A stretch of DNA of 64,000 nt from Epiperipatus broadwayi (Eukaryota > Animalia > Onychophora): positions 25,792,001-25,856,000 of the forward strand of contig JAQFVV010000003.1 in assembly GCA_028023455.1 (NCBI GenBank), given 5' to 3'. The position numbers were made by a program, and so were the translations under genes. Shown here in pieces: positions 53,634 through 64,000 of the stretch (within the stretch, counting starts at the first letter, position 1; every line of letters starts with the position of its first letter). The notes beneath the pieces are model-generated. The model searched no databases. It was not told the DNA's origin and saw nothing but the letters and a program-made list of their open reading frames with translations.

Positions 53634-53799
53634 TATAAATTTTATTAAACGCTTACTATTATTTCAGTAATAGTTTTAACAAGGCTGTAAACCTTAGCAA
53701 TGAGCATCTGAAAAAATTGTCACTAGGGACCTACAGAGGTCTCTAGTGACGATTTTTTCAGATGCTCATTGCTAAGGTTTACAGCCTTGTTAAAACTAT
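53634..53799. mobile_element. Short hairpin insertion with TSD
   Basis: Arms 53668-53732 and 53737-53801 (63 of 65 bp complementary, 4-nt loop). 14-bp TSD TATTAATGTGTATT (53620-53633, 53800-53813). About 34 bp of unique tail. Confidence 0.85.
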
Positions 53800-55499
53800 T
53801 ATTAATGTGTATTGTAAAATTATATTTATAATTTATTATTTATTTTAGTAATGGCAGCCAAAACTGATGCAATCCTATGAAATATTCTCGAATGCAATTA
53901 AGACAATTTACCAGAAACCCATTAGTCTATCTAAAACATATGATAATTTTATAGAATAATGTAAGACCCATTAATGAATGTTTTACCCATCGCAAATTTG
54001 TTTTAAAATTTTAGATCATATTTTAAAACAATCATTTGAGAAATTTTATCAGGATTGCATTGTTTTTAAAACATACGTGAACAAAAGGTGCATCCGGTCA
54101 ACAAATTACAGGTTCACTAAGTACATAAAGTGCCTTAGGTCTAGCAATTAAAGTGCATTCTAAGATAATCTGAAAGTAGTATAAATACTGCTAGATTTGA
54201 ATCCCAAGAAAAGAACTTGTAATTATAAAACAGCAATGGTAAACAAAATTCATGCTCATCATCATAGCTATTCAATGTGTCATGAGTAGTAAAAAATTTC
54301 ACCTTTCTCACCATTCAACATGCACTCTTTCCCACACTCATCACCCAGGTTCCCATTACTCATGCACTTTAATATATAAAACTGAATAATGGAAATACTA
54401 CCTGCCTGACCGATTGAATATAACTAGATTTAGTTCACCAACTCCAATGGACACTGCCATCACCTAGAAACACTACTAATTATCAAGGTAAAGATACCAA
54501 GCTGCTGCTTAATATTTAAATTCTTAAATTCAGCCTTCCATAAATATTTTTCATAACCCTGTCTGTAATTTAAAATAATATCATTCTATCAGCTGGTCCT
54601 GTGACCAGAAATTAAATATTTCATTTAAATAATTTGTAATTTACTTACTTGAGATTAGCATGTACTTAACTCTATATAACCTTTTTTAATTTTTATCTTA
54701 TCATTGAGCCTCTACTAAATAAGTATAATATTTTCTTTCACTGTCATGCAGCAATAATATTTTACAACTCTTATTATTATGTTTTATATTTTATATATTT
54801 AAATGATATGCCAATAATTTCTTGCATTGGCAAGTATGTTCACTTCTTTTTTTTTTTCTCTCTCTATTTTCATAGGGTGATTAAATTAGTTTTAATTAAA
54901 ACAAATCTTGTTATTTTTATCTTAGCGAATGCTTGCAAATTTGGGAAAACAAATTAATTATCTCATAATGTCATTGTAGAAAAACAGAGTAGAAATCTGT
55001 TTTTTTTAAAGAAATTTTTCTTTAATTTTATTTAAATAATAAGCGCTAATCTTACAAACTCAAATTTGTTATATGAAATAAAATCTGTTTTATTCTGAAA
55101 TCAATAATCACCACCTCATTATATATCTAATTATGTTTATTATAATATAAAAGCACTTGGAACCAAATTTTTATATTGTTTTAATGTTTGTGGGAAGTTA
55201 TATATATATAAATGTAACAGGGGAAGGGGATTTCTATTTCAATATTTTGTCACTTTATTAATAGTTTTAAGCCCTCCTTTATTGTTTAGTATTTTAAATC
55301 ATACCATTATGCGGGATATTCCATAATATATAGGTATTAATTAATTAAGTATTCTTTTAAAGTTTTATATGTGTTGTTCCAAGCAAAATCTATTCCTATT
55401 ACTAATTGTGAAATTTAAAACTATTATGATTTTCCATTGGTTAACTACCCATTCAAATATTTACTCACACATAAAAAGTACATTAAATGACCATTCTAA

Positions 55500-56151
<652 letters not shown>

Positions 56152-57443
56152 CAAATAACTACATAACAAATTATAAATACCAAAGAATCTGTAAATAATG
56201 ATTAATGTTCAACACCAAGAGCTCTACTGACCTTTAAATTACTTTTCATGAAAAAAAATTATCCATTAAAAAAATTCAAAACAAAAGTGTAGTATTTGAA
56301 GTTTATTTATTAAGATGATTATTGATAATTCCAGCAAGGCATTAAAATAATTATTGACTTATTAAAATATATAGATAAACAATGTTATTTTAACTCTTAA
56401 AATGCAGGTCTTTAACTTTAAGTAACTTTTAAAATCTATTGCATATTATTTTTCTAACAATAAAAAGACAATCAATCATGCATTATTTTTTTTAGACAAA
56501 TAAAATAAAAACAAAATGAAGATATTACCTTTTATACTGAAGTGTTTTATAATAGCTAAAAAATAAATAAATATGATGCCACTTGATAATTTTAAAATAA
56601 TCAACAACTTTATAAAATAAATGATCTATAAAGTTTAAAAACTTTTTTTTTATATGCAAGATATGACCAAGATGGTACAATATATATACTCATAAATTAA
56701 AATATCAGTTCTTATTAAGGAAAATGTCACTAGTTTTTATATTAATAGTATAATTTTATCAAGCCTCTTTTATTTTAAAATTTTTTATTAATATTCTCCA
56801 GACAAATAATTTTAGCATCAACAAGTTCAAAAAATTACCAGTCTCCTTCTTATGCTTAGAAATACAGAAGTACATTATGATTTTTAGTTCTGTTACATGA
56901 ATATGCTGTACTATTTTAGTCTAAGCTTATCATGTTTTAAACTATAGTATCTAGTCTGAGAAATGTGCTATTCCAGAGCATATTCTAATTCTGTCTTACC
57001 ATTATTCTTAAGCTTATCCTTTGAATAAACTATCCTGCCAGAAATACATTTTCATTTAGTTAATACTTTATTCATTTTATCTCTAAAACATCTCTCTTCA
57101 TAATGACAAATCAATCTCTTTTGATCTCTCATGTTAGATGTACATCACTTGATTAATTCAACATAAGTTATTTAATCTCAACAAAACTTAATGAACAGCT
57201 TTATTATTTAAGTTTTTATTTAATTATCTGAGGGCTAATTTTTCTCTCTATCTTTTAAGTTACTTCTTTCAACAGATGAAATTGTTTCTAAATATGTATT
57301 TTTATTATGAAAAAAAAAATAGAATCTTATACTTCGAATTTTTAGCAAATACATTAAAATAACAGTGGATTTATTCTTGGTGTTGTTGTTGTCATTACTG
57401 CTATTTGTGAATAAACTTTTATTATAATTAGCTTTATAATCAT

Positions 57444-57920
57444 ACCTATTAAATCTAAACGGTTTCACAACAAATTTAAAATCAAATAATTAAAATTTCT
57501 TCTTTTACTTAAACTACATCTATTAATCTTAAACTTTTAAATTAATTTATATAATCTAATAAAAATGTTTTTTAAATTAATTTATTTAAAATTACACTCT
57601 GGAAATTCGAAACTACAATTCTAGATTAAGAGATAAGACAAAATCTGTAAGATGAAAATTTTATTTCCTTAAAAAGTGTAGAAAATTTAATCATTTTTCA
57701 TAGAGTAGATATAATTAAAATAAAAATTATTTAAAAGTTTTACTTTTGAATTTGCAAAACATAATTTTAAATAAATTTATTTAAAAACATTTTATTAGAT
57801 TTAGATTATACAGATTAATATTTAAAATTTGAAATTAATAGATGTAGTTTAAATTAGGTGGAGGAGATTTTAATTGTTCGATTTGAAATTTGTTTATGAA
57901 AGTGTTAAGATTTAAGAGGT
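57444..57920. mobile_element. AT-rich fold-back / MITE-like element
   Basis: Imperfect inverted arms at ~57444-57597 and ~57760-57920, ending ACCT...AGGT. Confidence 0.65.
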
Positions 57921-58920
57921 CTAGCTTTTATTTTAAAGAAATATTAAAAATGTAAATGTTTGTTTAGTAAACATGGTATTATGATTAATTATAATAAAAT
58001 TGTATTAAAAGATAATATTAATGGCATACTATTATAGTTAATTTCATTAAATGTAATTAATTTGAAAACAGTAAGATCATAATTCTATTATTTTTTGTGA
58101 AGCAAATATATGTTTAAAAACTTTCTCATTTATTGAAAAATATTGAATAATTAAAATAATGATTAAATCCTTAATATTTAATATCAATTAATGTTTTAGT
58201 CAATATCTGTGTTTGTTAATACAATTGAAAGTTATCGCATGACCATTTCCTTAATGGTTGTTACAAGAATTATGGGAAATGCTAAAAATATTTAATAAGC
58301 ACACAAATCATTTCCTTGCAAGGCTTGTTATTTATAAAACTCTACTAAAATCAACAAAATATAGAAAAGCATTGAACATTTTTTTTAGCAGGATTAGTCT
58401 AAACACTGGAAACACAGGCTATCTCCCAAGAACCAAAGAGCAAGATGTTTCTCAAAATTTAATGTTTTTTTGAAAGGCTTGTGATATAGTTACTTGTTAA
58501 ATTACTTGGCGGTTATCAAAGTTGTTTCTATATGATGGAATGAGAGAAAGGGTTATTATTACATATAAAAAATCTAAGACATTTGAATAAAAAACTATCA
58601 TAGTACTAAACAAGAATATATACTTACTCCAATATTGTTTTTGATTTTTATGACAGTACTCTAATTTATAGGTGGTTAATAAAACAGGGATCAAGATGCA
58701 ATATAAGTTTTATAGTGGAATTTTTAATATGATTTGATTACAAGTAAAACAAGAAATTCATCTTCTTAAATTCTGGATTTACAATCTACTGAGATATGTG
58801 TTATTTTCATCTGTTCAAAAGATACTTTATAGAGTATACTTAATTTGAATGCAAATATATAAAGATTTTTGTTTAATAATTAATGTTCAAAACTCAAAAG
58901 TTCTTTATCAGTGAATAAAG

Positions 58921-59132
58921 TTGAAATAATTATATTTATAAAGCGCAAACTCATTACTTAAAGTAATATATATTAAGGCTACAATCTTAAAACTATGCGC
59001 CTGAAGAAACGATAGTAGAGACCTCTGCAAATCTTGTCTTTTAAATAAATCTTGTATTAAAGATTTGCAGAGGTCCCTATTGTAGTTTTTTCAGGTGCAT
59101 AGTTTTAAGGTTGTAGCCTTAATATATATTAC
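58921..59132. mobile_element. Short hairpin insertion with TSD, related to 53634-53799
   Basis: 15-bp TSD TATCAGTGAATAAAG (58906-58920, 59133-59147), a ~41-bp tail, and arms at ~58962-59035 and ~59060-59132. Confidence 0.85.
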
Positions 59133-59340
59133 TATCAGTGAATAAAGAAAAAAACCTTCAGATATTTTTAGTTTGGAGAATGTAAGCCAGTTTAAATATC
59201 TTGGTAATTTTATAAGTAAAAAGATGGACTAAGATGTGTTATCCTTCTGCAGCTTTTGACAAATTGAGATACAAAGTATTTCATCACAGGGAAATAATCA
59301 CTGCAACTAATATGCTGTTATTTTATCTAATTTATTTGTA

Positions 59341-60035
59341 ATTATAAATAAAGCAAGTTATATATAACATGACATTGCTTTTATAAGCTTGTATTTACAA
59401 AAATGTAATACAGAGAGCATACCAATAGCTCAAACAAGCACTTAATTGATAAGTGCAGTAAAAGAAAATATTTAAAATCTCTATCCGAAATACTCTTATC
59501 CCCAGACCAATTGGTTTTGAGTTTATGGCTCACCTCAGTGAGGAGCTAGAATATTCAGACCCTAGACCTGAAATATCAACTCAAAACCCAGCACTTATTT
59601 TATACATAATATTTAAATAAAAACTTTGAAGCTTGTATTACATTTTTGTAAATACAAGCTTATAAAAGCAATGTCACATTATATATGACTTACTTTATTT
59701 ATAATTATAATTTTACTTTTATGGCTTTGTTATGCTGAGACTATTAATATATGGCAGATCTGAATTTGGTTCAGTCCCATATAGCTATTTAAATTAGATA
59801 GCTGGAGTAAAAGACATTTTTATGTCCAAAAACTTCAGAGTTTCTACTTAAATATTACATATAAAATAAGTGCTGGGTTTTGAATTGATATTTTAGATCT
59901 AATGTCTGAATATTCTAGCTCCTCAATGAGTTGAGCCATAAGCTCAAAACCAATTGGTCTGGGAATAAGAGTATTTCGGATAGAGATTTTAAATATTTTC
60001 TCTTACTGCACTTTTCAATTAAGAGCTTGTTTGAG
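59341..60035. mobile_element. Family H3 composite insertion with nested inverted repeats
   Basis: 14-bp TSD CTAATTTATTTGTA (59327-59340, 60036-60049). Two interleaved inverted-repeat pairs. Variant hammerhead-like motifs at 59499-59544 (-) and 59920-59965 (+). Confidence 0.85.
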
Positions 60036-61028
60036 CTAATTTATTTGTATGGAAATGAGACTTGGAAACCATAACAATATAATATAAAGGCATCAGAAAA
60101 GGTTTATTTATAACACTCTATAGAATTTTAAGCACTCAATGGCAAGATCATGAAACAATCAATCCATTCTTCAACTCGCTAGATTGTAAATTTATGCCAT
60201 GATTGGATTAGACATGTAATTAAATGAAAATACAAAACCTCTTAAAAGGGTGTTTTATGGTCAACTTGAACTTGATTTTTTTTTATGCATGAGGTAGAGC
60301 TTGTTTACATTATAGGGATTATCTCAAAGACAATCTAAAGAAATGCAGCATTAATTGTTTCCATTGGGAAGATATGGTCAAAGCTAGAATATATTGAAGA
60401 GTTGCAATTACGTTAAAGTATTTCAGATAGAAAATTTTTCTACAAAATATCAAATTAATAATAAAATGGTATAGTTTGTTTTATATGTAAAAGTATTTGT
60501 GTTTTACAAATAGGTTTACATGGTCATTGCACAACTGCTGATAGTTAAGTATTCAAAAGTGTACCTTTTCATTTATTTTTAAAATCACTTCCATATCCTT
60601 ATTTGTTTTTACACTCTGATCCATGCTAATCTATTTGTTTAATGACTCCATTCAACCATGAAAGGGTAAAATTAGACTTTAATGTTGTTGGTTTTTTTTT
60701 TTTTTTAAAAAAAGATTAAATGAAATAAAATATATTCGATAATGAATGCAATAAAAACACACACTAGAATTTATAAAACTTTAAAATAAAAAAAAGTAAA
60801 ATAGTACACATAATTCTCATTTCAGTTAGAAAACTAGTCATTCTTAAACACTGACTTAAAATGGTATACATTTTAATTTCTCAATAAACATACGCATACA
60901 GAACCATTTACGGTAAATCTGATAGAATACTGAATTCTTTCTACCCATAAATCAATATTCAATTTTAACTGTAGATTAATAAATTATTTAAAATATGTAT
61001 AGTTTAAATAATTAACCTATTCATTCAT

Positions 61029-61461
61029 TATACTGAATGCTTACTAAATAGAGAGATTTGAATTTAGGATTTTCAGTCTATATTCATCCTCCACTCCATC
61101 TCAAACAACCGATATACATGAGCACATACATGTGAAAAAGATTAATGATCCTCAATGGGCCAAGTCATAATCTCCCATACATTTATAGAAGCAGTGCTTG
61201 GCTTATATTAAGATAGCAATTTCTTAAACTTTAATGGACAGGTTTCAATCTTCTCATCCTTCCAACAATTCAACCATACATTTCATTGAAAAACCAATGA
61301 TAGAAATGTTGAAAGTTCTTGGTGAATTTGATACTGTAGTCATAATTATGTAGACATTATATCAATCTAACCCCTCATATTATTAGTTCATCCATTTATA
61401 TTATTAGAAGAGGGATGAGTTAGACTTATACTATGATGTAACCTATTTCCAAAGCAATATG
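61029..61461 (-). mobile_element. Family R1 single degenerate unit lacking the hammerhead segment
   Basis: Similar to the 18 kb and 31 kb units (CTTTAATGGACAGGTTTCAATC, TTTCATTGAAAA). Flanked by the 20-bp direct repeat TAATTAACCTATTCATTCAT (61009-61028, 61462-61481). Confidence 0.7.
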
Positions 61462-61699
61462 TAATTAACCTATTCATTCATGTTATGCGGGGAAAAAAAT
61501 ATTGCATATATAACATACTATTTACTGGAAACATATTTTTATATATATACTGAGAGAAAAATATTTATAATTATACTAACAATGACTTTCAGGGAGTGTG
61601 TACCAATATTCCAAAAGAAAATTTCAAGCTGGGTGTCTGAACCAAAAAAAGATTTTTTTTAAAAAATATGTTATATCTATCACTATATATTACTATCTC

Positions 61700-64000
61700 A
61701 GGTATGTCGGTGTTTGTATTTGAAGGTCCTACATTGATGCGCCAAACCTGGGGAAAAGAAAAAAATCTGTACCGGTCAGATTTGTATGTTCACATAACAA
61801 GATCTAGCATCTAGGCAAAAGTACCTCGAATCCAATCATGCGCAAGATACACAGGTCAGGAACACTCATGAACTCTGCCCTATTTGCCTATTTCCCAGAT
61901 CTATAACATTATGAACAACAATCCCGATGATATTGATTTAATTTACTTCTCACTGCCGGCATCGCTCATCGGAGACACAAAAAGACTCTAGGCTAAATTT
62001 TAATGATAGACTAACTTAACAACTAACTATATTTTATGAGCAATGAAGGCTCGTGACCTAGCATATTAATCATGTATTTAGCAGAGATCATCTAGTCATA
62101 TGGAGAATAAATAATAAATGGATATTAAAATTAAATAACAGAAAGCAATGTTTCAAGTTGATGTATATAGTTTAAGATTTATTAGATTAATAACAAAAAT
62201 TATGTCGGGTTATTTATCCGACATTAGCCTCATAAGTATTATATATATATTTAATTCATATTTTACAATAACTTGATATTTGCGGCTATGCCAATAATAT
62301 ATGTATGTGACTTAAGGAATTAGTGCTATGGGAATGCATTACTAAAATACTATTACACCCCCAGAGAGACGAAAAGAGCATTTACTTGATTTAAAAAGAA
62401 AATAATTTTACAAGCAAATATTACATTTTGTTTTATTCAATATTATTATTAATTTGAGTTGTAAATAATTGATGTGCAGGATGGATAATGAATATATAAC
62501 TGAGAATAATTTATCACATTGATACGCATAGTAAACTAAGGGAAATATGTCTGTGTAGAGAAATCATCGCATTACGACTTATGGCTATTCCTGGGCTACT
62601 AATAATACACTAAAAGGTGGTGTGTGCATGGTGGCAGATTAGGGTGGTCCAATTATGGATCCTGGAGTGTGCTTCATGAATTTGATTAACGAAATTTACC
62701 GATTTCCTCTGCAAATGTAGGCAGGATCGGTGTTGAGATGAAGGGCGGTCGGCAATGTTTTTATCAGGCTGGATTTTCCAGAGTGATTCCCATATAAAGC
62801 ATGCACATATGACCAAGTATGTCCCCAGGGTGGTTTTACAGCCTCGTTCAAGGACATTGAGAAACGATGATGGGGCTTGACTTAGCGAATACCTCTATGT
62901 GAGAGAGAAGCACGAATATATATAAGACGAAGTGGCCTATATGCACACAATGCTTAATAATACAATATAACTATAACTGTAAAGATTATCTAAACTTATT
63001 TACTGCCCATAAATTGTGAAATACCCGGCATAATGGTATGGTTTCTTCGTTAAACAAACATGGATAATAATTTTAATTACATATAAAGCTAAGATCTGAA
63101 GATCCCCCCCCTTACATTATGTTACTTAAGATTATTCATAACTTCCCACACATTCAATAAATCTCAACCTTGGTTAATAAATGCCTTATGAAAATATATA
63201 AATTAATACAAAATAAATGGGTGGTGGTAATAGCTATAATGGGTTTACATATATAATATAAATTAATAATAAGAGATAGCACAATATTTAGAATGGAAAA
63301 TATTTTTGAAACAGATGTCAATCTGTTTTTCTACAGTAAACATAAAAAATAATTAGTTTGTTTATCTAAAATCGCTAGCACCTGGGCAAGTCGAATAAGA
63401 CTTGTTTTGATTAAGTTATAAGTTAATTACCCGATAAATGATGGGTGGGGAAAACAAAAATAAATTATATGCTGACAATTTTAGTATTATTGGCATTTCT
63501 TTTTAAAATATAAATACATAAATCTAAACAAGAATTATTTTCCGCTTGGAAATAAAATAAAAGAAAACATTTTATAAGAGGTTTAATAGTGATTAGTTAT
63601 ATAGAGTTAAAAGAGTTACATATTTTGAAGACATTTAATATATATGATTGGAAAATATAATAAATATTACAGAGAAGGCAGAATTTGAGAATTACGAGCG
63701 GCTAAAGTTCTTTTTACCTTGCTATCTGGAAGAGTGATTTTAATACGAATCAGTCCACCGGTATTGGTTCACTAGATCTAGGGTAGCAGTATTATATGGT
63801 AGGCAGCATTTCACTTTTACTGGAAAATATATAAAGTTCATCAGTACAGGATGCAGAGCTTCGCTTATGGGAAAAGCATATCAGAACAAAGGGAAAAGGT
63901 GAAATTTCCCCTACTCGCTGCACATTGGGTGGGAATTAAAACAGACATGGATTACGTATAGCAACATCATAATTTTGTGATCTCCTCTTTCTTTTGGATT
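61700..64000. promoter_or_regulatory. Extended CpG-retaining domain running off the window edge
   Basis: Highest CpG and GC content in the window, with no TE protein homology recognised. Confidence 0.45.

Overview
This is a very AT-rich, CpG-depleted eukaryotic window, probably from an invertebrate animal (inference). It looks intergenic or intronic: I found no host protein-coding exon I can support, no rRNA, no CRISPR array and no intact tRNA. Most recognisable sequence is transposon debris: RTE LINE relics (1.3 kb, 12-14 kb), L1/Tx1 relics (4.6-6.3, 8.8-11.1, 24.6-25.5, 26.3-27.0 kb), Ty3/gypsy and gag-like relics (32-36 kb), a hAT MITE, two pogo/Tigger-like deletion derivatives, tRNA-derived SINE heads and a (AAT)26(AAG)191 microsatellite. 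The most interesting signal is a set of short non-coding insertions from several families. Most are fold-backs, most have 12-20 bp target-site duplications, and several carry minimal type I hammerhead ribozyme motifs with palindromic helix III. One family is built from tandem 460-490 bp units. The core is intact at 30943-30986 (-) and 46209-46249 (+); other copies are degenerate, often by CpG decay. This fits non-autonomous retrozyme-like or Penelope-mobilised elements (inference; no activity was tested). Five CpG-retaining patches suggest unmethylated regulatory DNA. All alignments, folds and counts were done by eye.
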